Below, piece after piece: positions 10,690 to 20,328 of a stretch of 64,000 nt of DNA. A program made the position numbers and the translations under genes. The stretch's first letter is position 1. Each line of letters starts with the position of its first letter. This DNA is from Gammaproteobacteria bacterium (GTDB taxonomy: Bacteria; Pseudomonadota; Gammaproteobacteria; Eutrophobiales; Eutrophobiaceae): assembly GCA_965115915.1 (NCBI GenBank), contig OZ220483.1:1211067-1275066 (forward strand), written 5' to 3'. The notes below the pieces were generated by a model. It did no database searches. It was not told the DNA's origin and worked only from the letters and a program-made list of their open reading frames with translations.

Positions 10690-12132
10690 TCAGGCAACCG
10701 AAGACAGTTCGCGGACATCGACCAGATGTCCGGCGATGGCGGCAGCCGCCGCCATCGCCGGGCTTGCCAGATGTGTACGTCCACCCTGCCCCTGTCTCCC
10801 CTCAAAATTACGGTTTGAGGTCGACACACAGCGTTCCCCCGGTAACAAACGGTCCGCGTTCATTGCCAGACACATGGAACATCCGGGATTGCGCCACTCA
10901 AAACCCGCGTCCACGAAGACCTGCGCCAGACCTTCCGCCTCTGCCTGCTGTTTGACCAGACCCGAGCCCGGCACGACCAGTGCCTGACGAATCGACCCCG
11001 CTATACGTCTGCCCTTGACCACAGCCGCCGCGACACGCAGATCTTCGATCCGGGAATTGGTACAGGAACCCAGAAAAACCTTGTCCGGCCGAATCCCGGT
11101 GAGCGCCATGCCAGGCTGCAAATCCATGTACTCCAGCGCCTTCAACATCCCCTCCCGCCTGACGACATCCGGCTCCTGCTGCGGGTCCGGGACGCTTCCA
11201 TCTATGTCCAGCACCATCTCCGGGGATGTCCCCCAGGTAACCTGCGGCACAATGGCTGCCGCATCCAGTTCAATCGCACTATCAAACACGGCATTATCAT
11301 CGCTATGCAACTCACGCCAGTGAGATACCGCCTGTTCCCACAATTCCCCATCCGGCGTGAATGGCCTGCCACGCACATAGCGAAGCGTCTCATCGTCCAC
11401 CGCCACCATGCCATAACGGGCACCCGCCTCAATGCTCATATTGCATACCGTCATGCGTCCTTCCAGGGACAATGCACGGATCGCCTCCCCGGAAAATTCG
11501 ATCGCATAACCCGTCGCCCCGGCAGTACCGATTTGACCAATAATCTTCAGAATAATGTCCTTGGCATACAGACCCGATCCGAGACGATTATCAACCCTGA
11601 TGCGCATATTACGCGCCTTTTTCAGGACCAGGCACTGGGTAGCCAACACATGTTCCACCTCGGAAGTGCCAATACCAAACGCCAGTGCACCCAGGGCCCC
11701 ATTGGTCGAGGTGTGAGAATCTCCACAGACTATACTCATGCCTGGCAGACAAGCCCCCTGTTCCGGCCCCACCACATGGACTATGCCCTGTCTCGGATCT
11801 CCCATGGCAAAACGCACGATCCCCGCCTGCCGACAATTGCGTTCCAGGGTGTCCAAAGACAGCCGCGTGACAGAGTCATCGATGTCGGCACGCCCACCAA
11901 TAGTGGGGACATTATGGTCCTCCACAGCCAGGTTGGCAGACGTTCGCCAAAGCTCGCGTCCCGCCTGTGCCAAACCGGAAAACGCCTGGGGCGAGGTCAC
12001 CTCGTGCAACAGGTGGCGATCGATGTATATCAGAGACGAACCGTCGGCATTTTCCTGCACCAGATGCGCCTGCCACAATTTGTCATACAAGGTCTGTCCC
12101 GATGACACTGTCTCCAATCCCGCCATTTGCAA
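10690..12132 (-). CDS. leuC: 3-isopropylmalate dehydratase large subunit
   Basis: 480 aa; TLYDKLWxAHLV, VCGDSHTxTxGA, and aconitase-family Fe-S ligands GSCTNxRIEDL and CxMCLxMN. Confidence 0.97.
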   Translation of the reverse strand: MQMAGLETVSSGQTLYDKLWQAHLVQENADGSSLIYIDRHLLHEVTSPQAFSGLAQAGRELWRTSANLAVEDHNVPTIGGRADIDDSVTRLSLDTLERNCRQAGIVRFAMGDPRQGIVHVVGPEQGACLPGMSIVCGDSHTSTNGALGALAFGIGTSEVEHVLATQCLVLKKARNMRIRVDNRLGSGLYAKDIILKIIGQIGTAGATGYAIEFSGEAIRALSLEGRMTVCNMSIEAGARYGMVAVDDETLRYVRGRPFTPDGELWEQAVSHWRELHSDDNAVFDSAIELDAAAIVPQVTWGTSPEMVLDIDGSVPDPQQEPDVVRREGMLKALEYMDLQPGMALTGIRPDKVFLGSCTNSRIEDLRVAAAVVKGRRIAGSIRQALVVPGSGLVKQQAEAEGLAQVFVDAGFEWRNPGCSMCLAMNADRLLPGERCVSTSNRNFEGRQGQGGRTHLASPAMAAAAAIAGHLVDVRELSSVA

Positions 12133-13134
12133 TCAGTCCAACGCCATATCCAATACTGTACGTCCCCGGGTCCGACCAGCGAGCATATTGTCAAACACTG
12201 CCGGGAGTTCACTCAGACCCACTTTCCCTGTCACCACGGCATCCACATCGGGTCTCCATACCGTTGCCAGTTGCTGCCACAACTGTCGCCGCAAGGCGGT
12301 AGGACAATTGGCTGAACTGACCCCCAGCAAAGACACGCCACGAAGAATGAATGGCATGACTGTAGTCCGGAGTTCGCTGCTTTCCGCCAATCCCACCGAC
12401 ACGACATTGCCCCAGGGACGAGTGGTGCCAAGCAACCAGGCGAGCATTTTTCCCCCCACATTATCAATGCCTCCACCCCATTTGCCTTTTTGCAGTGGAC
12501 CATGTTCAAAATCAATGTCGCTGGCAGAGATAACACGTTCGGCACCCAGAGCGCATAACCATTCTGCCACATCGCGCTTCCCACTGACACAAACCACCTT
12601 ATAGCCAAGTCGGCACAACAGGCTGACCGCAATACATCCCACCCCACCCGAGGCCCCGGTAACCAGAATTTCTCCATGCTCCGGTCGCTGGCCATTCTGC
12701 TGCATGCGATGGACACACAAGGCCACAGTGAACCCGGCCGTGCCAAGTGCCATAGCGGTATACGGTGTCAAGCCCTCCGGCAACCGGACCACCCATTCGG
12801 CAGGCACCCGGGCATATTCCGCATAGCCTCCATCATGGGACACGCCCAGATCGTAGCCCGTAACCAGTACCGCAGCACCCGGCTGCAAATCCGATACTGA
12901 AGACTCGAGCACCTCTCCCGCCAGATCTATGCCGGTAGTCAACGGCATGGAGCGCACGATCTTTGCCTTGCCGGTAGACGCCAGCGCATCCTTGTAATTC
13001 ACACTGGAATGGCTGACCCGGATCAAAACTTCCCCTCCAGGGAGGCTGTCAAACGGCATCTTCTGCACCGTGGCAGACACCACGTCCCCCTGCCTGGAGA
13101 CTCGCAATGCTGTAAAATCTTTCTCCATCTTCAC
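12133..13134 (-). CDS. YhdH/AcuI-family NADPH:quinone oxidoreductase / acrylyl-CoA reductase-like MDR protein
   Basis: 333 aa; VxHSSVNYKDALA and VTGASGGVG Rossmann motif, as in the YhdH/YhfP subfamily. Its stop codon directly abuts the leuC start, with 0 nt between them. Confidence 0.8.
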   Translation of the reverse strand: MKMEKDFTALRVSRQGDVVSATVQKMPFDSLPGGEVLIRVSHSSVNYKDALASTGKAKIVRSMPLTTGIDLAGEVLESSVSDLQPGAAVLVTGYDLGVSHDGGYAEYARVPAEWVVRLPEGLTPYTAMALGTAGFTVALCVHRMQQNGQRPEHGEILVTGASGGVGCIAVSLLCRLGYKVVCVSGKRDVAEWLCALGAERVISASDIDFEHGPLQKGKWGGGIDNVGGKMLAWLLGTTRPWGNVVSVGLAESSELRTTVMPFILRGVSLLGVSSANCPTALRRQLWQQLATVWRPDVDAVVTGKVGLSELPAVFDNMLAGRTRGRTVLDMALD

Positions 13135-13348
13135 TCTCAGTTCGGTTCGCGGCTGCGCGACAACTCCCAGGTTTTACAAATATAGACAAGCATGCAACAA
13201 TAGCGTCCCATATCCGGCGGCCAACTTCCGATCCGGCCACCATCGGAATCCCCGGCAGCCGCTACCTCAGGGAAGCAGCACTGGGCCGGGTCACACACTC
13301 GGGCATGGTATTTTATTGGTATTTTATCCGGTTATAAGGCAAAACCAA

Positions 13349-13888
13349 ATGCGTATAAGGCACCTCAGGCAGACAGTGAGACTGACGCTGGCGCTCGCGC
13401 TCCTGCTCCTGCACTTGCCCACTGCACATGCCGACTTCAACGACGGGGTCGTCGCCTACCTGATGGGCGACTACGACAAGGCGTTTACCGTAATGCAGTC
13501 TCTGGCCGAATCAACCGAACATGGCTATGCCCAATACTATCTGGGGATGATGTATCTGAGAGGACAAGGGGCGGAACAGAGTGATGCCAGTGCAGGCAAG
13601 TGGTTCCGGCGGGCGGCGAAAAACCGTATCTCACAGGCGCAGTATAAGCTCGGCAAGCTCTATATGAAGGGGCGCGGAGTCCCGAAAGACAATGAACTCG
13701 CTTATGCCTGGCTGCTGACCGCCACCAAGCATCAACACCAGCAGTCCATGGAAGAGATTGGCAAGGCACAATCGGTACTGTCTGTGGAAGAAGCCGCTGC
13801 CGCAGAGAAACTGGGCCAGGAATTCATCGAAAAATACGGCCCTCAGGCAAGCATCGACCCGTCACAACCGATACAGATTGACAATTAA
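13349..13888 (+). CDS. secreted Sel1-repeat (SLR) protein
   Basis: ORF 13070..13888. Probable start MRIRHLRQTVRLTLALALLLLHLPTAHA (signal peptide) at 13349. Contains YYLGMMYLRGQG, KWFRRAA and YKLGKLYMKGRGVPKD Sel1 repeats. Confidence 0.8.
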   Translation: MRIRHLRQTVRLTLALALLLLHLPTAHADFNDGVVAYLMGDYDKAFTVMQSLAESTEHGYAQYYLGMMYLRGQGAEQSDASAGKWFRRAAKNRISQAQYKLGKLYMKGRGVPKDNELAYAWLLTATKHQHQQSMEEIGKAQSVLSVEEAAAAEKLGQEFIEKYGPQASIDPSQPIQIDN

Positions 13889-13991
13889 CGGGGTGATGCG
13901 AGTCGCAGGGCCATCTGATCTGCCCGGGCTCCCCACAACAGTATGCGACAAGATGCGATCCCGCTCCGCCCACCGCATCCATTGCCCCGTG

Positions 13992-15674
13992 TCACAAGTA
14001 CCAGAACAGACAGACCATCAACATACACAGGGCCAGCAACAGGACCAGGCCCACAGAACCGTACTGCGGCAAACTCTTCACCAAGTGTTTGCCATTGCTG
14101 AAGGCGCCGGCTGTAAACCGCCTGAAGTCGTTATCCATGCGCCCCAGCCAGGGTATCAATGAACGCCAGGCGGCAGGGAACAGGCAACGATAAAACCAGT
14201 CAAAATCCAGGCTGATGGTCGATGTGCCCTGCATCCAGCGTAACAACAGGAAAAACGCGCATCCGGAAAACATCAACAACTGCAACTGTGCCAAAACATG
14301 GTCTGCGGTATAGGGCACATAGTCCACCGGATACGGCAACATCGCATACAGACCATCGGGAGCAAGCCCCAGCAGCAGACAAAGCCCGGACAGCAACAGC
14401 ATCGCCACACACATGTTGGCAGGCGGATCGGTACATCCCGGACCGGACGCCTTCTGGACAAAGACAAACCACGGAAACTTGAGCCCGGCATACAAAAACA
14501 CACCCACAGACCCCGCCTGCAACAACAGCCATGTGTATAGCAGATGCTCATCCGCGGACGCCTTCACCACCATGGATTTACTGACAAATCCCGATGTGAG
14601 AGGAAAAGAGGATATGGACAATGCGCCAATGACGCAACAGGCGGCGGTAAATGGCATGGATCGTATCAGTCCGCCCAGTTCGCTCAGCCTTCTCCGTCCT
14701 GTCATATACAATACCGCACCCGCCGACATAATCAACAACGCAATAGTTGGATTGAATACATGAGCCACCACACCATTCAACGCCATCGCAGTACCTATGC
14801 CCACACCACAAACCATGAATCCCACCTGATTGACGATGCCGTAGGCGAGGAGACGCCGCATATCGTTCTCCAGCAATGCGTAGACAATGCCATAAAAAAT
14901 CATCCAAAGACCGACAGCTATCAGGATCTCGGTCCCGGGGAAAGCGCGCACCAAGGCATATACTGCCGCTTTTGTGGTAAAAGTCGAAAGCAGTACCATG
15001 CCACTGAACGACGACTCCGGGTAGGCATCTGCAATCCAGGCCGACAGTGGGGGCGCTCCCGCATTGATCAGGAAACCTGCGAGTATCAGCCAACAGTAGT
15101 AATATTCCATACCAAAATAGTCAAACAGCAGGCTCTGTTGCGCGTGGTAATACCCTGCCAATCCGACCATCAGCAACACACCACCAAATATATGTATCAG
15201 CAGGTAACGCATCCCGGCAGCACTGGCCCTTGCCGACCCCTGCGACCAGATCACCAGAGTCGAGGCAATCGCCATGAGTTCCCAGAATATAAACAGACTG
15301 AGTATGTCAGCCGCCAACACAACTCCCATTGCGGACCCGGCATAAATAAAACTGACCGACAATTCCAACGACCGAATTTGTCGGTAACAGAAAATCATTG
15401 TTGCCGACAATATCAGAGCAAAAAAAATCAGAAACAGTCTACTGAGCGCATCGACCCTGAACAGAACCAGTGTCATGCCCAACCAGTCAATCTGCATCCC
15501 TTCAGTTTTGTTAACAGACAAAATCAACAGCAGCACCGCTATCGGAACGACAAGGCTTAGCCACATCCGCAGCCGTTGCTGAAAGAATGGCAACAGTGCC
15601 CCCGCCAATATCAGTAACAACCCCGGATGCATGTTATCGAGCATCGTAATAATCCTGTTTGCGTTTGATGACAC
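13992..15674 (-). CDS. antiporter-like (Proton_antipo_M, MrpD/NuoL-like) membrane subunit with a C-terminal extension
   Basis: 560 aa polytopic protein; TM5-type motif LFIFWEL and TFTTKAAVYAL lysine. The tail has an amphipathic stretch DFDWFYRCLFPAAWRSLIPWLGRMDNDFRRF followed by a final TM. An alternative start MHPG at 15632 would sit 1 nt after the stop of the upstream small ORF. Confidence 0.85.
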   Translation of the reverse strand: MSSNANRIITMLDNMHPGLLLILAGALLPFFQQRLRMWLSLVVPIAVLLLILSVNKTEGMQIDWLGMTLVLFRVDALSRLFLIFFALILSATMIFCYRQIRSLELSVSFIYAGSAMGVVLAADILSLFIFWELMAIASTLVIWSQGSARASAAGMRYLLIHIFGGVLLMVGLAGYYHAQQSLLFDYFGMEYYYCWLILAGFLINAGAPPLSAWIADAYPESSFSGMVLLSTFTTKAAVYALVRAFPGTEILIAVGLWMIFYGIVYALLENDMRRLLAYGIVNQVGFMVCGVGIGTAMALNGVVAHVFNPTIALLIMSAGAVLYMTGRRRLSELGGLIRSMPFTAACCVIGALSISSFPLTSGFVSKSMVVKASADEHLLYTWLLLQAGSVGVFLYAGLKFPWFVFVQKASGPGCTDPPANMCVAMLLLSGLCLLLGLAPDGLYAMLPYPVDYVPYTADHVLAQLQLLMFSGCAFFLLLRWMQGTSTISLDFDWFYRCLFPAAWRSLIPWLGRMDNDFRRFTAGAFSNGKHLVKSLPQYGSVGLVLLLALCMLMVCLFWYL

Positions 15675-15843
15675 TCCCCAAAAGTCTTGTCAACGCAATA
15701 ATCAGCACACAGCAGAAAAACCCGAAGACCGCGTTGAAGCCCAAAAAATCCGCAATGCCAAAATGCGCATGCAACTCTATCAACGCTTCCGCACAAACAC
15801 TCATAAGCAGCAGAAAACAGCCTGTCCCGCGCAGAGCTTTCAT
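15634..15843 (-). CDS. 69-aa predicted membrane protein wedged between two antiporter-like subunit genes
   Basis: C-terminal part of ORF 15634..16140 from Met at 15843: MKALRGTGCFLLLMSVCAEALIELHAHFGIADFLGFNAVFGFFCCVLIIALTRLLGSVIKRKQDYYDAR. It fills the only gap (15675-15878) between the flanking genes. No family recognised. Confidence 0.45.
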   Translation of the reverse strand: MKALRGTGCFLLLMSVCAEALIELHAHFGIADFLGFNAVFGFFCCVLIIALTRLLGSVIKRKQDYYDAR

Positions 15844-15878
15844 ACTTATCAGGCCACGCAGGTGTTCCGCTCGCATAA

Positions 15879-17333
15879 TCACACCTTGATTATGGACAGG
15901 CATAAATCCAGCAGACTCTCCGGCAACAGGAACACCAGCAAACTCAGAATAGCTGTTGTACCCATCGCCAGCAGCATGGTTCTCGGGAGTGGACGCGCCG
16001 TTTCTCCCTCCGGTGCGGCGCAGAAAAAACCACGATAGATTACAGGCACGAAGTACGCCGCATTGAGCAGTGTGCTCAACACGATAATCAACATTGCAAA
16101 CCACTGTTGCGCATCCCACGCGGCCAACAGGATAAACCACTTGCTGACAAAGCCCGCAGTTGGCGGCAGACCTATCATGGAAAGGCTGCCTATAGTAAAA
16201 CTCAGCATGGTTATCGGCAACGCACGGCCGATCCCGTTCATCTCACTGACCCTGGTTTTGCCGCTGGCGGTATAGATCGCGCCAGCGGCAAAAAACAGTG
16301 TGATCTTGCCCAGCGCATGAGACACAATATGCATAGCCGCACCCGCCACCGACAGGGGTAACAGCAAAACCGCGCTCAAGATCACATAGGACAACTGACT
16401 AATCGTTGAATACGCCAGCCGGCGCTTGAGATTGTCCGCATACAAAGCCACGACGGAACTGAAGATTATCGTTGTCCCGGCAATATAGAGCAGTGCATTG
16501 AAATCCATACTCGATGCAAGGAAATCCACGCCAAACACATACACTATAACTTTCAGCATCACAAAAACACCCGCCTTGACCACAGCCACAGCGTGCAATA
16601 AGGCACTGACCGGTGTAGGCGCAACCATCGCGACAGGAAGCCATTGATGCACCGGGAGCAAAGCCGCCTTGGCCGTACCCCACGCAAATAGCAGCAACAG
16701 TGGCAGTACATACACCGCCGCCACTTTACCGCTCAAAATCCCCCCTGCGGTAAATTCGAGTGTTCCAGCAAGGTAATGGCACAGAATAATCGCCGGCAGT
16801 AACAACACTATCGAACTGGATAACAGAAAGCCAAGGTATATCCTGCCAGCTTTTTTTGCCGCGCTGTCTCCCTTATGGCTTACCAGGGGAAAGGTCGACA
16901 GTGTCAGTCCTTCGTAGAAAATGAACAGCGTCAACAAGTTCCCAGCCATGGCAATGCCGATCGCGAAGAAAATGGCGAGCGCGAAAAAACAGTAGAACCG
17001 GGTCTGATGCGGTATCCGGTTACTACGCATATAGCCGATGGTATAGAGTGAACTGATAACCCACAATACCGATACCAGCAGCGCAAACAGCAAACCCAGT
17101 GGCTCTATCACAAAATGGATAGGCAAGCCAATGATCGGTTCAATCATGGACAACTCGGGACGGAACCCCCGCATCACCGGGGTCCAGAGTTGCAGCACCA
17201 ATACCAGCAGGGCCCCACCACCCAACAGCGTCGTCAGCTCACGCACATCCGGATGACGATGCAGCAATAAAACAGCGGTTGCCACCAACATCGGACATAG
17301 CAGAATCGCAAATATCATCCAGGGATCAATCAT
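15879..17333 (-). CDS. monovalent cation/H+ antiporter subunit D-like (MrpD/NuoN-like) membrane protein
   Basis: 484 aa; LFIFYEGLTL (TM5 Glu) and GTAKAALLPVHQWLP (TM7 Lys and HxWLP) motifs of the Proton_antipo_M family. Confidence 0.9.
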   Translation of the reverse strand: MIDPWMIFAILLCPMLVATAVLLLHRHPDVRELTTLLGGGALLVLVLQLWTPVMRGFRPELSMIEPIIGLPIHFVIEPLGLLFALLVSVLWVISSLYTIGYMRSNRIPHQTRFYCFFALAIFFAIGIAMAGNLLTLFIFYEGLTLSTFPLVSHKGDSAAKKAGRIYLGFLLSSSIVLLLPAIILCHYLAGTLEFTAGGILSGKVAAVYVLPLLLLFAWGTAKAALLPVHQWLPVAMVAPTPVSALLHAVAVVKAGVFVMLKVIVYVFGVDFLASSMDFNALLYIAGTTIIFSSVVALYADNLKRRLAYSTISQLSYVILSAVLLLPLSVAGAAMHIVSHALGKITLFFAAGAIYTASGKTRVSEMNGIGRALPITMLSFTIGSLSMIGLPPTAGFVSKWFILLAAWDAQQWFAMLIIVLSTLLNAAYFVPVIYRGFFCAAPEGETARPLPRTMLLAMGTTAILSLLVFLLPESLLDLCLSIIKV

Positions 17334-17387
17334 TACATTCCCCTATCAGGAAAATCCGCAAAGGCCGAGTAAACCAACCGCCAGACA

Positions 17388-18878
17388 TCAACCCGCATAC
17401 AGCAACTGGTGTGCAACAGCATCGGCAAACCCCTGCAAAGGCGCACTGCCCACCCCTAAAATCAGAACGGCCAGCACGAAGACAGGCAGTGACATACACA
17501 AAGCGTGTGGAACCACAATTGCCTCCGCCGAGGCGCCAGCGCTGTCCCTGGCCACCAACGCAGACCTGTCATACAAGACCTCGACCGCCTTCCATACATA
17601 AACCAGGGCCAACAACGAGCTGAACAAAATCACAGGAAGCAGAACCCATATACCTTGCTCAACGGCCGCAAAAAACAGCAACCACTTACTGATAAAACCA
17701 GCAGTCAGTGGCATGCCCACCAGTGATAACCCGAGGGTCACGAAACACGCAGCCAGCCAGGGAGAATGCCGCGCCATGCCTCGAAGGCCCCGTAGCGACG
17801 CTGTACCATGTCGATATTCGATCACCGCCACCGTCATGAACAAACCCGTCTTGGTCAATGCGTGATTGCACATGAACACAAGGGCCGCGGCCAAACCGGC
17901 AGGACTCCCCAGGCTGACTGCCAACAGCATATAACCTATCTGGGAAATGCTCGACCACGCCAGCAGATAACGGATATTGTCCTGACGCATGGCCACACAC
18001 CCCCCATAAAACATCGCACATACCGCCAATGTCATGAATATCCAGTCCATACGCATCTCCTGAAAAGAAAACTCGACGCCAAACAGGGAATACAAGAAGC
18101 GTATCAGCACATACAAAAACACTTTGGTGGTAGTGCCTGCAAAGAAAGCGGCAATCGCCGTCGGCGACTGGCCATAGGCACCCGGAAGCCAGATATGAAA
18201 CGGGAATATTGCACACTTCAGCATTATTCCCAGGGAAAAAAACGCCAGCGCCGTCTTGATTACCGAACTGTCTTTCGATGTTGCCAGCTTCGTGGCCAGA
18301 TCCGACATGTTCAGGGTCCCGGTAAGTGCATACAACAAGCCAACGGCAATCAGGATAAAACTGGCTCCAATGGTGCCATATATCAAGTATTGGTAAGCGG
18401 AAAATAATGCCCTTCGCTTTCTTCCAATACTGATCATCGCATACGAAGACAAGGACGCGATCTCGATAAAGACATACAAATTGAACACATCGCCAGTAAC
18501 CAGAACACCACTGATACCAGCCAGATTCAACAGGAAACAGGTGTAAAACAGATAGACCCGATCCTGAGCGATCTCCTTTTCAATCAAGGCGCGACCAGTA
18601 CCCAGGATCAGCGATGCCAGGGCCGTAACCAGCAACAACATCAAAACGCCCAACCGATCCACTCGAAGTTCTATGCCCAAAGGTACCGGCCACCCACCCA
18701 ATAGATGAGAAACCCTCCCCTGATCGATGACCTGGAAAAACAACATGCCGGCAATCAAAAAACCGGACAGGCTACCAACGCAGGCGAGCAACCACACCCA
18801 TCTGCCATGCCGAACAAGGACACACAGTGGCGCACAGATCAGTGGAATCATGACCTGCAAAATCGGCAACTGACTCAT
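17388..18878 (-). CDS. monovalent cation/H+ antiporter subunit D (MrpD/MnhD-like)
   Basis: 496 aa; LGGWPVPLGIELRVDRLGVLM, typical of the MnhD N-terminus, plus YVFIEIASL and MLKCAIFPFHIWLPGAY. Confidence 0.9.
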   Translation of the reverse strand: MSQLPILQVMIPLICAPLCVLVRHGRWVWLLACVGSLSGFLIAGMLFFQVIDQGRVSHLLGGWPVPLGIELRVDRLGVLMLLLVTALASLILGTGRALIEKEIAQDRVYLFYTCFLLNLAGISGVLVTGDVFNLYVFIEIASLSSYAMISIGRKRRALFSAYQYLIYGTIGASFILIAVGLLYALTGTLNMSDLATKLATSKDSSVIKTALAFFSLGIMLKCAIFPFHIWLPGAYGQSPTAIAAFFAGTTTKVFLYVLIRFLYSLFGVEFSFQEMRMDWIFMTLAVCAMFYGGCVAMRQDNIRYLLAWSSISQIGYMLLAVSLGSPAGLAAALVFMCNHALTKTGLFMTVAVIEYRHGTASLRGLRGMARHSPWLAACFVTLGLSLVGMPLTAGFISKWLLFFAAVEQGIWVLLPVILFSSLLALVYVWKAVEVLYDRSALVARDSAGASAEAIVVPHALCMSLPVFVLAVLILGVGSAPLQGFADAVAHQLLYAG

Positions 18879-19243
18879 GCTTCTTCCTGCTTGCTCAATT
18901 CATCGATACGACTCTCCTCCATAACTCCGAACGATTTATGTATGCGAATCACCATGGCCAAACCCAAAGCAGTAATGGCAACACCAACAACGATCGCAGT
19001 GAGTATCAACACATGCGGCAATGGACTGGAATACACGCTGTATGCCGGAGACAGAATGGGAGCGGTGCCACCAGACTGATTACCCAGAGAAATGAACAGG
19101 ATATATATGGATGCCTGGAACAGGTTCAGGCCAATGAGTTTTTTTATCAGATTGTCGTGAGTGATGACAACATACAGGCCTGTCATCATCAGCACCACCA
19201 CCATCCAATAGTTGTAATAGGATAATAGGTAGGTTGTTATCAA
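18875..19243 (-). CDS. cation:proton antiporter subunit C (MrpC/MnhC, NuoK-like)
   Basis: 122 aa with 3 TMs; LIKKLIGLNLFQASIYILFISLG matches the MnhC/NuoK signature. ATGA overlap with the downstream D-like gene. Confidence 0.85.
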   Translation of the reverse strand: MITTYLLSYYNYWMVVVLMMTGLYVVITHDNLIKKLIGLNLFQASIYILFISLGNQSGGTAPILSPAYSVYSSPLPHVLILTAIVVGVAITALGLAMVIRIHKSFGVMEESRIDELSKQEEA

Positions 19244-19598
19244 TATAAAATCTCCAAACCCGGCAGCCCGTTACGCATAGTCGGTAAGTTCGGCAACCGC
19301 AAAAACAGCCTGCAGCGACCAGCAAACGAGAAACCACGGCTCAATCATCGGTGCCCGGACCTGCCTCAAGCACCACATGCGACCAAAGCGGATGCATATT
19401 ATTCGGCTTTCTGATAGTATTGCAGCACGGCGGCACTACAAAATCCTCACGGGCACGCATTCTCCAAGGATATACATAGATGACACCGCAGACCAAGCCA
19501 CCATCCGGACTGCCAGCTTATGGGACAAACGGTATCCCTGCGGAATCTTGCCTCACGGAAACCATGACCACCCTCCCTTGAACAAGCGGTAGCACTCA

Positions 19599-20075
19599 AT
19601 GGCTGTCAATTCTAGCATCCTGCGGGGCATATTGTGTGGCTGTCTACTCGCAGCGGCGGCGCATGCCATGCCGGACCCCGGGACACTGTACGTCCAGGCA
19701 CTGGATTTCTACGAACAGAAGCAGTATGAAAAAGCCGTGTCACTGCTGGAAGAAGCCATTACCCTGGCACCGGAACAGGCTGACTACTATCATCTCCTCG
19801 GGAAAAGCTACGGGAGACTGGCAGAACAGGCCAGTTGGTTCACCGCACTACCTCTGGCCCGCAAAACCGGACACGCCCTGGAACGTGCGGTAGCACTGGA
19901 CGCCAACAAAATACAGGCCCTTGCCGACCTGATTGATTTCCATCAACGCGCCCCGGGCATTGCCGGAGGCAATGCGGAACGTGCAAAATTTCTGCATAAG
20001 CGGTTGATGGAACTGAAAAAACCCATATCGGCCGTGTCCTCGGCACAGAATCCCTCCGCCTATCCGGAAGACTGA
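19599..20075 (+). CDS. secreted TPR-like repeat protein
   Basis: 158 aa; signal peptide ILRGILCGCLLAAAAHA, then YEKAVSLLEEAITLAPEQADYYHLLGKSY TPR-type helical repeats. Confidence 0.65.
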   Translation: MAVNSSILRGILCGCLLAAAAHAMPDPGTLYVQALDFYEQKQYEKAVSLLEEAITLAPEQADYYHLLGKSYGRLAEQASWFTALPLARKTGHALERAVALDANKIQALADLIDFHQRAPGIAGGNAERAKFLHKRLMELKKPISAVSSAQNPSAYPED

Positions 20076-20328
20076 GACCCTGCACATGCCCACACCGGCG
20101 CCTCGGTACAAGCCGGTAAGACCCTGGCAAAACGCGAAAAACATCGCTCAGCCTCGGCAGACAGAAGCACTGTCCATAATATGCTAGACTGCTGAATATC
20201 GCGTTCCGCCATTAGAAGCACCGTGGTCGGGGTCGATGGACCTCTGACAACTGGCAATTGTCAGACGGTGGGACATGCTATCGATTTTTTGCATCCAGTA
20301 TCCCAGCGTGGCCAGATGCCCAAACAAT

